Source of the DNA: Octopus sinensis
Taxonomy: Eukaryota
Length of the DNA: 64,000 nucleotides
Assembly (NCBI RefSeq): GCF_006345805.1
Contig: NC_043012.1
Span: 17,732,001 to 17,796,000, forward strand
Direction: 5' to 3'
In this document: piece after piece, positions 1 through 12,717 of the stretch
Layout: each line of letters opens with the position of its first letter
How positions within the stretch are numbered: the stretch's first letter is position 1
Program-made: the position numbers and the translations under genes
Notes under the pieces: generated by a model
What the model was told of the DNA's origin: nothing
Seen by the model: only the letters and a program-made list of their open reading frames with translations
Databases searched by the model: none

Positions 1-70
1 TGGTTTTTAACAAAGCTGGTTATCCTCTTCAGTACCCTAATTATATATTACTTCTATATATTTACTAATA

Positions 71-304
71 TAAGGCGGCGAGCTGGTAGAAACGTTAGCA
101 CGCCGGGCGAGATTCGTAGCCGTATTTCGTCTGTCGTTACGTTCCGAGTTCAAATTCCGCCGAGGTCGACTTTGCCTTTCATCCTTTCGGGGTCGATAAA
201 TTAAGTACCAGTTACGCACTGGGGTCGATGTAGTCGACTTAATCCCTTTGTCTGTCCTTGTTTGTCCCCTCTGTGTTTAGCCCCTTGTGGGTAGTAAAGA
301 AATA
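71..304 (+). mobile_element. tRNA-derived SINE, full-length copy (family A; octopus-type)
   Basis: Head AAGGCGGCGAGCTGGTAGAAACGTTAGCAC (A-box-like) and GAGTTCAAATTCC (B-box-like). The body GAGGTCGACTTTGCCTTTCATCCTTTCGGGGTCGATAAATTAAGTACCAG recurs many times at 44-50 kb and 56 kb. Confidence 0.85.
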
Positions 305-380
305 TATATATTTACTAATATGCCTCTACGGTTTTTTATGCTGGCGGACACTGATATCATAATTTATTATTAATAATGTT

Positions 381-433
<53 letters not shown>

Positions 434-448
434 TAGATAGATAGATAG

Positions 449-542
449 ATACGAAAGATGGTTTGAAAATGCAATTTTAAAATATGTTTATTTACTTTAA
501 TAAACATCTTTTAACATAGCATTTTCAAACCTTCTTTCGTAT
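449..542. repeat. Imperfect inverted repeat / hairpin
   Basis: ATACGAAAGATGGTTTGAAAATGC (449-472) vs GCATTTTCAAACCTTCTTTCGTAT (519-542), one mismatch. Inner arms AAAATATGTTTATT / AATAAACATCTTTT. Confidence 0.85.
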
Positions 543-615
543 ATAATTCCACTCGTGCGTTACCCTACAACTCCACTTAGTTATATATATACATACATAC
601 ATACATATATATATT

Positions 616-703
<88 letters not shown>

Positions 704-1244
704 GTTTGTGTGTGTTTGTGAAGACACCCACCCTTGATCCACGCATACATTTTTCATACGAAACGCGCATGTACATTGTTAATATCAAGCTGTAGAATTC
801 AGTAGGAAATGTCTTTCACAAGAGGTTTCTTGTTCTCTCGTTCTAGATGTTCTAAGGATCGACTCGGCCAAACGTCTGCATTATGCCAACTTAGTAGTAT
901 GCGCCTGGAAAAATGCATCTTTATTCATGCCAATAGCCAGACCACGCATTGATTTTCATTCAGGGATTGCAATCTCTCCTTAGCCAGTCTATCCTGTATG
1001 CTTTGCATTCAGCTTCATGTTGGTAGCGCAAGGCTTGGAATTTTCCAGCATTACATTTCATGTAATTTTCCTCAGCCAACACGTATAGTGCATCCAACTC
1101 CTGTTGCGGATGAGTAACATCTCCAGTGTTCTATATATATATAATTCAAATTTGCAGAAAGCGAATGACGGAGGTATGTGTAGGAACAATAAGCAGGTGT
1201 ATCAGTTGAACGTTCGGGAAGAATGGAAAAGTCATATATACAGT

Positions 1245-1275
<31 letters not shown>

Positions 1276-1309
1276 GAAGAGGGAGGGAGAGAATTTGTCA
1301 GATCGGAAG

Positions 1310-2100
1310 ATACGAAGTGTGTTAATTAAAGAATTCCTCAGATCCAGTTCCCAAGGACTGGAATAAACGAAAGTTGACATAATTATTAGTCCTTCCCTAC
1401 ATAGCCACCACCAATGGTGACACTCTTCTGCAATCGCTTTATGCAGCTGGGAGAACCTCGTCTGTAGATGTCGGTAGGTTGTATGTGGAGCCAATGTTTT
1501 ATCTCGAAAATAAGTTTATCATCATCCGAAAAGTTCTTCCCCTTCAAAAAAAAAAGACTTCATGGCTGGAAAGAGTTGGAAGTCAGATGGTGAGAGGTCG
1601 AGGAGTTAGGGGGATGAGGAAAGATTTCATGGCCACAGGAGTGTGCTTTCATTTGAGCAACATAATACGCATTGTGAACTGGGGAAGACACTTTTGGTCA
1701 GCATGTCACGCCTCTCTTCTTTCATAGCGTCTCGCAATTTAAACAGCAGCGATGCGTAATGTGCCTCGTTAATTGTGGTACCGTTTCCAAGAATATCCAT
1801 CATCACTATTCCACTCTGGTCCCAAAAGACTGTGAACATTACCTAGCCTGCTGAGGTTGGAAACGGTCCGTTTTTAGAGGTAGCGACTTATCATACTTTC
1901 ATTGCTTCTCAGGATCGTATTGATGGACCCATGTTTCGTCCATGTGATAAGTCTGCCAAAAAATCCTCCTCGTTTTCTTTACATATTGCCAAAAGTGCCT
2001 AGGAGGAATTGGCCTGTTCTTGCTTCTGAAAAGTTGTGAGCATCTGGGGAATACATCGTAAAGACACCTTCCGCATGTGAAATGGTCGTAAAGGATTTTT
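1310..2100 (-). mobile_element. Decayed mariner transposon (transposase pseudogene, 5' part missing)
   Basis: Minus-strand pieces read MRKVSLRCIPQMLT, FWDQSGIVMMDILGNGTTINEAHYASLLFKLRDAMKEERR, HEIFPHPP and SDFQLFPAMKS...GGYVGKD*, which are mariner DDD-domain motifs with frameshifts. TIR-like end TACGAAGTGTGTTAATTAAAG near 1310. Confidence 0.85.
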
Positions 2101-2204
2101 CTACGGACCTACACTTATCTGCACTTATCTGCAAAAGACAAACGAATAATAGTGAAACACTGTAGTTTACAACGTCTCATGTAGAGAAATATATGATTAT
2201 ACCG

Positions 2205-3347
2205 ATACAAGAAACTTTATTGATCGAAATAAACACCATCGGAACCAACACACATTTGCCAATGCGAAACAAGTTTATGCCAGGAGCTTAACAATCATGC
2301 GTTTTGGTTGCGATGAAGTCGAAGAAATCGTGCTTGGCATCGTCTTGGTTTTTGAAGCATTTTTCACGCAGGAAGTTGTCAAGATGCTTCAAAAGGTGGT
2401 AGTTGGTAAGCGAGAGGTATGGTGAGTAGGGCACATGAGGTAGAATTTCGTAGCCCAATTCGTTCAACTTCTGCAAGGTCAGTTGTGCGACGTGCGGCTG
2501 AGCGTTGTTGTGGAGAAGAATTGGTCCTTATCTATTGACCGATTCTGGCCGTTGTTGTCGGAGTTTCTTATGAGTTCATCCATTTGCTGACAGTACTTCT
2601 CAGCCGTAGTGGTTTTACCTTGATCCGAAAATCTGTGATGGATGACACTGTCCGCAGACCACCAAACAGTCACTATGACCTTTCTCTGGTGCAACTTTGA
2701 CTTCGAGAAGTGCCGTGGTGCTTCGTCGGCATCCAACGACTGAGCTGAGCCTCACCGGTTGTCGTAAAGAATCCACTTTTCATCACAAGTCAAAATCCAG
2801 TCGAGAAACTGGTCGTTCTTGTTGCATAAAACAAGGGAAGATGACGCTTCAAAACGGCGTTTTTTTTTTTCTTGCTTGTCGTTCAATTCGTGCGGCCCCC
2901 ATTTCTCAAGTATTTTTTTCCAAACTCTTTCAAGTGGTTGGAATTTATATACATTATGTCTAATTCAGAAGCAAGCTGTCGAACAGTTGTGCGTACATTG
3001 GTTTCAACTAAGGCTCTTAGTTGATCGTTGTCAACATCCGATGGCCGACCACTACGCTTATCCTTTTCAAGACTCTCGTCACGGCTACGAAATTTCTCGA
3101 ATCACCATTGTGCTGTACATTCATTAGTGGTTCCTGGGCCAAACGCATCGTTGATATCGTGATCTGTTTCAGCAGCTTTTCGGCCTAGCTTGAAAAAGAA
3201 TAAGAAAAGTGTGCAAATTTGTGATTAGACAGAGCGAAAGACGGGTTTTAAAAGGATATATAATGTCAAAGTAATTCAACGAAAATTAATTTGAAAATAC
3301 ATAATTTAAAACCAAAATTCCGCAAGAACTTTCTTGACAACCTAATA
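2205..3347 (-). mobile_element. Decayed mariner transposon (Hsmar1-like TIR)
   Basis: ORF pieces DADEAPRHFSKSKLHQRKVIVTVWWSADSVIHHRF and QKLNELGYEILPHVPYSPYLSLTNYHLLKHLDNFLREKCFKNQDD. The 5' TIR reads TA|TTAGGTTGTCAAGAAAGTTCTTGCGG on the minus strand, ending at 3345-3347. Confidence 0.9.
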
Positions 3348-3875
3348 TACTATGCAACTCTCAGTTTAAATACAATTGTTTCGTAGCTGTAAATGAACGC
3401 ATTAACTTTGAATGGTCACAAAGAACATTTTGCTTTAACTTTTGTCGACACAAGCAAAACAGTATGACTAATGCTAATAAATATAAAGAAAACACACTAT
3501 TATTTATTTCACTGCAAGTATAGCTTGTAATGCAGTTACGTTTTATTTTTGGCCATGTTTGTGACCACTTTTGAGGCTTTATCTAAACTTATTAGACAAA
3601 TATTATATTCTCATTGCCTCAACCAAATACCTACGTACTTCCATACAAACAGCACACACACACACACACACACATACACACACACACATACACACACAAC
3701 ACAGACACAGACACATTAATATATATACGCACAAGCTTACATAAAATAAAATATATGTAATAAGAGTAATTCATAGTAATTAAGTATATTATATATATGT
3801 ATATATATATACATACGTATGCGTAAGTGTTCGAAAAATTCAACTTCAAATACATTAAGAGCAACAACAATAACA

Positions 3876-3933
<58 letters not shown>

Positions 3934-3940
3934 CAACAAC

Positions 3941-3989
<49 letters not shown>

Positions 3990-5477
3990 GTAATAATAAT
4001 AATAATAATAATAGTAATAATAATAATAGTAATAACAATAATAATAACAATGATAATAATAATAATAATAATAACAACAAAAACAGCAACAACAATGAAT
4101 TGATAAATGTATTATTTTGCTAAATATAAATTTTGATGATAGTAGATGACTTTTTAAAGAGGTTTTGAAGATGAATTCTTGTAAAATATTTATGTAAAGA
4201 GTATTTGTAAAACAACTTTCTTTGATGAACGATATCTACAGGCACGAGGATTTCTCTGTATGTCGTTGTTATATTATCTGAAGAGGAAACGGTCCTTATG
4301 TCGTCACTTTGAACCCATTTCAGTCTGTTTATTTAACAATATATTAGACTTTGATGTTAAATTTTTCGACTCGGTAGATTTACATACTTTAAACGATTTT
4401 TTTTTCTTTTTAATCATTGTTAATAGTGCAGTAAAACTTACCATGAATAAATGATTAAACTATATAATATATTTATTAAAGTAGTTTCAGGTTTCTGGTT
4501 TAGTGTTTCTTGTTTAAAAACTGAAACGAGGGTTCATTTAGATAACCTACCCACAGTTACTTATGTTTATATGCGTGTTATGTGTATTGATTTTTAAGGG
4601 CAAACTTGTTAAAGTATTTCTGTAACATGTCGCAAGTTTGAAAGATATTTAGGTGGAGTTTGACAAGATATATACGAGGGCGTACTGATAAGTTCCTCGC
4701 TTAAAGGTTGTCGCGAAAGGCCGACTTGGAACTGAAGATTCCGAGTTCTTTTACAGTTCTTTTATTTGTTTCAGCAGCTTTTCGGCCTAGCTTGAAAAAG
4801 AATAAGAAAAGTGTGCAAATTTGTGATTAGACAGAGCGAAAGACGGGTTTTAAAAGGATATATAATGTCAAAGTAATTCAACGAAAATTAATTTGAAAAT
4901 ACATAATTTAAAACCAAAATTCCGCAAGAACTTTCTTGACAACCTAATATACTATGCAACTCTCAGTTTAAATACAATTGTTTCGTAGCTGTAAATGAAC
5001 GCATTAACTTTGAATGGTCACAAAGAACATTTTGCTTTAACTTTTGTCGACACAAGCAAAACAGTATGACTAATGCTAATAAATATAAAGAAAACACACT
5101 ATTATTTATTTCACTGCAAGTATAGCTTGTAATGCAGTTACGTTTTATTTTTGGCCATGTTTGTGACCACTTTTGAGGCTTTATCTAAACTTATTAGACA
5201 AATATTATATTCTCATTGCCTCAACCAAATACCTACGTACTTCCATACAAACAGCACACACACACACACACACACATACACACACACACATACACACACA
5301 ACACAGACACAGACACATTAATATATATACGCACAAGCTTACATAAAATAAAATATATGTAATAAGAGTAATTCATAGTAATTAAGTATATTATATATAT
5401 GTATATATATATACATACGTATGCGTAAGTGTTCGAAAAATTCAACTTCAAATACATTAAGAGCAACAACAATAACA

Positions 5478-5555
<78 letters not shown>

Positions 5556-5568
5556 CAACAACAACAAC

Positions 5569-5605
<37 letters not shown>

Positions 5606-6862
5606 GTAATAATAATAATAATAATAATAGTAATAATAATAATAGTAATAACAATAATAATAACAATAATAATAATAATAATAATAATAACAACAAAAAC
5701 AGCAACAACAATGAATTGATAAATGTATTATTTTGCTAAATATAAATTTTGATGATAGTAGATGACTTTTTAAAGAGGTTTTGAAGATGAATTCTTGTAA
5801 AATATTTATGTAAAGAGTATTTGTAAAACAACTTCCTTTGATGAACGATATCTACAGGCACGAGGATTTCTCTGTATGTCGTTGTTATATTATCTGAAGA
5901 GGAAACGGTCCTTATGTCGTCACTTTGAACCCATTTCAGTCTGTTTATTTAACAATATATTAGACTTTGATGTTAAATTTTTCGACTCGGTAGATTTACA
6001 TACTTTAAACGATTTTTTTTTTTTAATCATTGTTAATAGTGCAGTGAAACTTACCATGAATAAATGATTAAACTATATAATATATTTATTAAAGTAGTTT
6101 CAGGTTTCTGGTTTAGTGTTTCTTGTTTAAAAACTGAAACGAGGGTTCATTTAGATAACCTACCCACAGTTACTTATGTTTATATGCGTGTTATGTGTAT
6201 TGATTTTTAAGGGCAAACTTGTTAAAGTATTTCTGTAACATGTCGCAAGTTTGAAAGATATTTAGGTGGAGTTTGACAAGATATATACGAGGGCGTACTG
6301 ATAAGTTCCTCGCTTAAAGGTTGTCGCGAAAGGCCGACTTGGAACTGAAGATTCCGAGTTCTTTTACAGTTCTTTTATTTGTTTCAGCAGCTTTTCGGCC
6401 TAGCTTGAAAAAGAATAAGAAAAGTGTGCAAATTTGTGATTAGACAGAGCGAAAGACGGGTTTTAAAAGGATATATAATGTCAAAGTAATTCAACGAAAA
6501 TTAATTTGAAAATACATAATTTAAAACCAAAATTCCGCAAGAACTTCTTGACAACCTAATATACTATGCAACTCTCAGTTTAAATACAATTGTTTCGTAG
6601 CTGTAAATGAACGCATTAACTTTGAATGGTCACAAAGAACATTTTGCTTTAACTTTTGTCGACACAAGCAAAACAGTATGACTAATGCTAATAAATATAA
6701 AGAAAACACACTATTATTTATTTCACTGCAAGTATAGCTTGTAATGCAGTTACGTTTTATTTTTGGCCATGTTTGTGACCACTTTTGAGGCTTTATCTAA
6801 ACTTATTAGACAAATATTATATTCTCATTGCCTCAACCAAATACCTACGTACTTCCATACAA

Positions 6863-6899
<37 letters not shown>

Positions 6900-7091
6900 A
6901 CACACATACACACACAACACAGACACAGACACATTAATATATATACGCACAAGCTTACATAAAATAAAATATATGTAATAAGAGTAATTCATAGTAATTA
7001 AGTATATTATATATATGTATATATATACATACGTATGCGTAAGTGTTCGAAAAATTCAACTTCAAATACATTAAGAGCAACAACAATAACA

Positions 7092-7124
<33 letters not shown>

Positions 7125-7132
7125 TAATAATA

Positions 7133-7183
<51 letters not shown>

Positions 7184-7265
7184 CAACAACAATAATAATA
7201 ATAAATAATAATAATAATAATAATAGTATAATAATAATAATAATATAGTAATAATAATAATAATA

Positions 7266-7307
<42 letters not shown>

Positions 7308-8001
7308 CAAAAACAGCAACAACAATGAATTGATAAATGTATTATTTTGCTAAATATAAATTTTGATGATAGTAGATGACTTTTTAAAGAGGTTTTGAAG
7401 ATGAATTCTTGTAAAATATTTATGTAAAGAGTATTTGTAAAACAACTTCTTTGATGAACGATATCTACAGCACGAGGATTTCTCTGTATGTCGTTGTTAT
7501 ATTATCTGAAGAGGAAACGGTCCTTATGTCGTCACTTTGAACCCATTTCAGTCTGTTTATTTAACAATATATTAGACTTTGATGTTAAATTTTTCGACTC
7601 GGTAGATTTACATACTTTAAACGATTTTTTTTTCTTTTTAATCATTGTTAATAGTGCAGTGAAACTTACCATGAATAAATGATTAAACTATATAATATAT
7701 TTATTAAAGTAGTTTCAGGTTTCTGGTTTAGTGTTTCTTGTTTAAAAACTGAAACGAGGGTTCATTTAGATAACCTACCCACAGTTACTTATGTTTATAT
7801 GCGTGTTATGTGTATTGATTTTTAAGGGCAAACTTGTTAAAGTATTTCTGTAACATGTCGCAAGTTTGAAAGATATTTAGGTGGAGTTTGACAAGATATA
7901 TACGAGGGCGTACTGATAAGTTCCTCGCTTAAAGGTTGTCGCGAAAGGCCGACTTGGAACTGAAGATTCCGAGTTCTTTTACAGTTCTTTTATTTGTTTC
8001 A
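3165..8001. repeat. Tandem triplication of a ~1.6 kb unit (1602, 1613, 1615 bp)
   Basis: Units start at TGTTTCA at 3165, 4767 and 6380, and the array ends at TGTTTCA 7995-8001. Copies are near-identical outside the (CA)n/(AAT)n tracts. Confidence 0.97.
7901..7985 (+). mobile_element. Truncated mariner-type MITE end (also at 4673 and 6286)
   Basis: TA|CGAGGGCGTACTGATAAGTTCCTCGCTTAAAGG aligns to the reverse complement of the right end of the MITE at 8321-8532. Confidence 0.65.
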
Positions 8002-8310
8002 ACCATTTGAATGCAGCCATGCTGGAGGACAGATTTGCATGACCAAATCGTTCCCAGAACTTATTCCTTCTAAGCCTTGTACTCATTTTATCGGGCTCTT
8101 GTGTCGAACCCATAGGGTACGGAGCCCCAAAAAACCAGCATCAGTTGTCAAGCGATGTTGAGGCGACAAAGACAGACACACAAAATATACATACATATAT
8201 ATGTATATATATACATATACATATACATATAAAGTTAATCCAAACATGAAAACACAAAGACAAAACACAACAACGCGAGGACGTGGAACAAATATAGCAT
8301 TATTGGATGC
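7986..8310 (-). mobile_element. SINE family B, 3' part
   Basis: Homologous to 61545-61740 and 10183-10390 (GCAGCCATGCTGGAG ... CCAGCATCAGTTGTCAAGCGATG ... GACAAA). Confidence 0.7.
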
Positions 8311-8320
8311 TCATGTATAA

Positions 8321-8532
8321 GAGAGGGCGCTGATAGCTCCTGGCGTTCAGATAAAGAAAATACAGGCGGATCATTTGATTATGATTTTACTCAACAGAAT
8401 CCCCTTTCAGAATCACACACTTTGCAATGGTTCCTCATTTTTTCTAAGGCCTCTAAAAGAACTCAAAAATTGAGCCTCCAATAAGGCCTTACGAGATACC
8501 CTTAAAGCCAGGAACTTTTCAGCACCCCTTTT
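8321..8532. mobile_element. Mariner-derived MITE (~210 bp)
   Basis: Left end GAGAGGGCGCTGATAGCTCCTGGCG and right end AAAGCCAGGAACTTTTCAGCACCCCT are imperfect TIRs with TA-rich flanks and no ORF. Confidence 0.7.
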
Positions 8533-8742
8533 ATATACGCAGCGAAGCTTTACTATAGCGTCGTAAATGTGTCGACTGCTATTTCCAGTAAATATTGGTG
8601 CCTTGTCCTACAACTACTCTATATTTATACTACTACCTTTACGGTGCCTTATTTTACTGGTAAGTAATACATTTGCATTGCACTATTTTATTTTTCGCTG
8701 AAACCTTTTACACTGTTCTCTGCCAATATTGCCCAAGTAATT

Positions 8743-8811
8743 CCAGCTGATGAAGACTATTCAAATTTACGATGACAAGCCTATTTGAAGAGGCCGAAAC
8801 ATAGGTACTGG
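8743..8811 (+). ncRNA. Type I minimal hammerhead ribozyme motif (Penelope-type)
   Basis: Stem I CCAG/CTGG; core CTGATGA 8747-8753; stem II partly decayed but retains TTCAAAT/ATTTGAA; GAAA 8796-8799; stem III C-ATAG-G; GUA triplet 8805-8807. Confidence 0.7.
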
Positions 8812-9453
8812 GTTATCTGATCCTGGTTGTCCAGGTATTTAATATTCTTCCTAGAGGCAAGACAACATTTTTCATGTTTGTTGCACTCACATGACTTTGC
8901 CAGTATATACGCAGTAAAGCTTCACTATAGTGTCGACTGCTATTTCCAGTAAATACTAGTGCCTTGTTTTAACAGTACTCTCTCTCTCTCTTTCCCACTA
9001 CCCCTCTCTCTCACTCTCTCTCTCTCTCTCTATATATATATATTCATATGAATATGGTACTGAAGTTGAGGCACCAGAATTTAGTACGGTATTATCCATA
9101 CAATTTGAAAATAAGCAACACGGATATCCAGAGTTAATTCAGTACGATCCTTTTATGTAACTCCATTTAATTGAAAAATGCAATTATTATATAAATTTAA
9201 AATGTAGAGCAATCTTCAGCTGCACGAAGACAGAGAGTTTAATCAAATTTGAACAGATGGACACATTAGTACAATTACGCATAATAAGTATAGTTATGTC
9301 TATGCTGCTATAGGTACAACATGTTCTTTGTCTATTTCCTTAACTTCTTGGAGATTGCATTCTTCAATTAAATGGAGTTGTATGAATCGATCGTACAGCA
9401 TTACCTCTGGAAATCCGTGTTCCTTATTTTGATTTATATATATATATTTGCTA

Positions 9454-9557
<104 letters not shown>

Positions 9558-9609
9558 AGGGGGAGAGAGAGAGTGAGAGCGAGAAGGAGAAAGAGAGAGA
9601 GAATATATA

Positions 9610-9900
9610 TTAATAAACAGAATATCAAAGTTTTATCCAATCATCTGGTCAGCCCCCTCAGACCCATAAATGTTAACAAGATCACTCAACGGATTCGCTG
9701 AAAATGTCTGAAAAATTGGAACCACATCTGAAATTATAGACTGGTCGAATAGTGCATAACCTCATATGCCAATTATCGGATTCGAAAGATGAAACGGATC
9801 CACTAGATATTTCCTGAAATGCAATCTTCATGTGTTGAGTTGATTGACATTTATTGAAATTTTTTCCTCTATACAATATATCCGATTTGGGGAATACTGT
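9610..9900 (+). pseudogene. Possible highly decayed Penelope-like reverse transcriptase fragment
   Basis: Broken frames give TSEIIDWSNS and DIY*NFSSI. These resemble the xTxEVIDWF and FDIxxFYPSI motifs of Penelope/Poseidon RTs; matched from memory only. Confidence 0.3.
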
Positions 9901-10182
9901 GAAATAGTCTTCTCTAAGAGTGTAATCAAATTTACGAATTGGACTCCCATTAAATAGCTACAAAGTTTCTTCGACATTAGTTATTAAACAAATAACACTG
10001 GTGACGCTACTTAGCCAGACACTTTTGGCAGGAATTCATTGGGTGTGTATTTCCAATTAGCGTTTACATACTACCATTTTTAGTTTACTTGTGGTCAAGA
10101 CTAATATATATGTTTGCATTTAAGCCTAATATATTTATATACATACATTGATACACATACACACACGCAAATATATATTCTT

Positions 10183-10384
10183 TTATTCTCTTACTTGTTG
10201 CAGTCATTTGACTGCGGCCATAATGTCGCACCACCTTTTGTTGAACTAATTGACCCAAGGATTTCATTGCTCTGTAAGCCTAGTATTTATTCTATCGAGG
10301 GTCTTTTGCCGAACCGCTAAGTTCCGAGTCGTAAACATACCTGCATCGGCTATCAAAGGATGGTGGGGGAACACAGAGACACAA

Positions 10385-10390
<6 letters not shown>
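10183..10390 (-). mobile_element. SINE family B, 3' part
   Basis: TACTTGTTGCAGTCATTTGACTGCGGCCAT ... CTTTTGCCGAACCGCTAAGT ... CATCGGCTATCAAAGGATG is homologous to 61545-61740. Confidence 0.75.
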
Positions 10391-10432
<42 letters not shown>

Positions 10433-10552
10433 TATATATATACAACCAATAATTCATTGGATATTCTATATCCCTTAATGAAGCTATTATAGCGTATATA
10501 TATATATATATATATATCTATATATATATATATTATATATATATATACATTA

Positions 10553-10683
10553 TTATTTAAAAGCAGCAGAAATTTAACAAAAGCTGTTACTCGGAGTTTC
10601 ACGTTTCCGTCCGTGGACAATTTTGTTAAAAACGTGAAACTCCGAGTAACAGCTTTTGTTAAATTTCTGCTGCTTTTAAATAA
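10553..10683. repeat. Perfect 54-bp inverted repeat with a 23-nt spacer, in a Penelope-type pLTR relic with a decayed hammerhead
   Basis: 10553-10606 is the exact reverse complement of 10630-10683. The minus strand reads ...TTGT CCACGG ACGGAAACGT GAAA CTCCGAG TA ACAG... (decayed core). Confidence 0.9.
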
Positions 10684-10757
10684 AACATGTTACTCTACCT
10701 CTGGTATTTGAGTACTCTCTTTTCCACCTTTATTTCACATGTATGTGTTTACTCCGG

Positions 10758-10845
<88 letters not shown>

Positions 10846-10910
10846 AGTATATGTATATGTATATATATATATATAATATATATATATATATAATATATAT
10901 ATATATATAC

Positions 10911-11535
10911 ACGCCAAGAGCGTCGCCAAAATATCTTTCACCTGCGCTGACTCCGGAAAATACTTCGCATCAAATGCCAGAATCATGTCCCCGACAAAGA
11001 TGTCCTCATGCAAGCATGAATACAAAACATGTTTGCACTCCTCACACTAAGACGTATGAGATGGCTTGGATATGTTAGCCGTATGGAAGACGGAAGAATC
11101 TCCAAGGACATGCTCTACGGAGATCTTGCTAGGGGCATTAGGTCTGTGGGAAGACCGTTCTTACGATACAAGGATGTTTGCAAAAGGGACATGAAGGCCT
11201 GCAACATCAATATTAGCAACTGGGAAGCAGTTGCCAGTAACCGTGGAGATTGGCGACGTATCGTAAAAGAGGGAACACAAAGGAGTGACAGAGTGAGAGA
11301 GAGAGAGGAGAAATGGAAAGACAAGAAAAGACTTCAACAAGAAACTATGACATTACAATCAGCCAGGATAAGTCTTCGCTACATTTGTGGCACCTGCCAG
11401 AAGGAGTGTTTGTCAAGGATATGACTATACAGTCACAGCACGAAATGTATTAGGACATGAAATGTAAAAGCCGAACTAGATTATTTTATGCGCAACTCTA
11501 TTGTCTCCCGAGACAAAAATGATAGCAACAACAAT
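10911..11535 (+). mobile_element. RTE-clade LINE, 5'-truncated 3' end
   Basis: RQERRQNIFHLR*LRKILRIKCQNHVPDKDVL...LRRMRWLGYVSRMEDGRISKDMLYGDLARGIRSVGRPFLRYKDVCKRDMK...YICGTCQKECLSRI (C-terminal Cys motif). The 3' UTR is CTATTGTCTCCCGAGAC followed by an (AAC)n-like tail. Confidence 0.9.
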
Positions 11536-11591
11536 ATATATGGAAAAAAAAGTCAGGATAGAAAATGATTGAATAATTTTATAAAAAAACA

Positions 11592-11633
11592 TTTCAGTAC
11601 CGGTTTCAGTGATTGAGATTTTTTCAACTGTAA
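11592..11633 (-). ncRNA. Hammerhead-like motif with U3-A8 variant core (family C, element ~11580-11830)
   Basis: Minus strand TTACAG TTGAAAA AATCTCAATCACT GAAA CCGG TA CTGAAA. Flanks are homologous to 29160-29400 and 63700-63890. Confidence 0.55.
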
Positions 11634-12035
11634 GTATGGAAAACAATAAAAATTCGGAAAAATTAAAATGAAAGTTGTTTTAAAAGAATATGTGTATAGT
11701 GTTCAAATAGAAGTAGTCTTTTTCTTGTTTCTGCCTGTCTCAGTCTCTCTTATTTACTCTTGTGGGTTCGAGGCCGTTGTGGTTTTGGTCATTTTGATGC
11801 TTCTTCTAGCGTGTGAAAATTACCTGTTAAAGGTAGTTTTCTCTTGTGTTTAAATGTACACTATTTCATATATATATATATATATTAATATATATATACA
11901 TATACATTTATTAATTAATCAACATATTAACCAGCAAGTGTTTCATTTCTCAAAGATAAAATAACAAAATATAGAGAAAAATATACTTTTGCATTTTAAA
12001 TACCTAATAAGGGAAACTTGGCGTGTGTATATATA

Positions 12036-12067
<32 letters not shown>

Positions 12068-12193
12068 CATATATGTATATGTATATACATACATATGTAT
12101 GTGTGTATGTGTGTGTACCTCTGTGTGTGCATATGCATATATGCGCATGTATATACATACACATCTATATCCCTATAATTCTAATTTACACAT

Positions 12194-12236
<43 letters not shown>

Positions 12237-12660
12237 TATGTGTGTGTGTGGTGTGTGTGTGAAGATACGCATAAATTTTCTCCCTTTCTCTCTTTGTTTC
12301 TTTCTGTCTTTTTGTTATTTATTTATTTATTCATTTATTTATTTATGCATTTACTTCTTTAACGATATACTGGGCAAACTATTTGAAACACATGAATTAT
12401 TCACATGACATTACCATTTGAAAATTCAATCTAGAACAATCCAGCTAAAAATATAATTCTCAGCAGCGAGATAAACGCAAAACTCTTCCACCTGTAACTA
12501 GTTCCACAAGCACCAATATACGACACTCTCGACTCTTGAGACACATTGACACGTCCGTTAAATAATAATAACAAATATACAAATACACATAATTTGAGTT
12601 ATATTTCCCCATTTTGCATCACCATACCTATACACACACACACACACACACAACACACAC

Positions 12661-12717
<57 letters not shown>

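Noticed and set aside
71-160. tRNA gene suggested by A/B-box motifs (also other SINE heads)
   Set aside because: No complete cloverleaf, and the motif continues into a high-copy SINE body.
2288-2736. Domesticated SETMAR-like gene
   Set aside because: Frameshifts and stops, a retained TIR and no SET domain; it is an ordinary decayed mariner.
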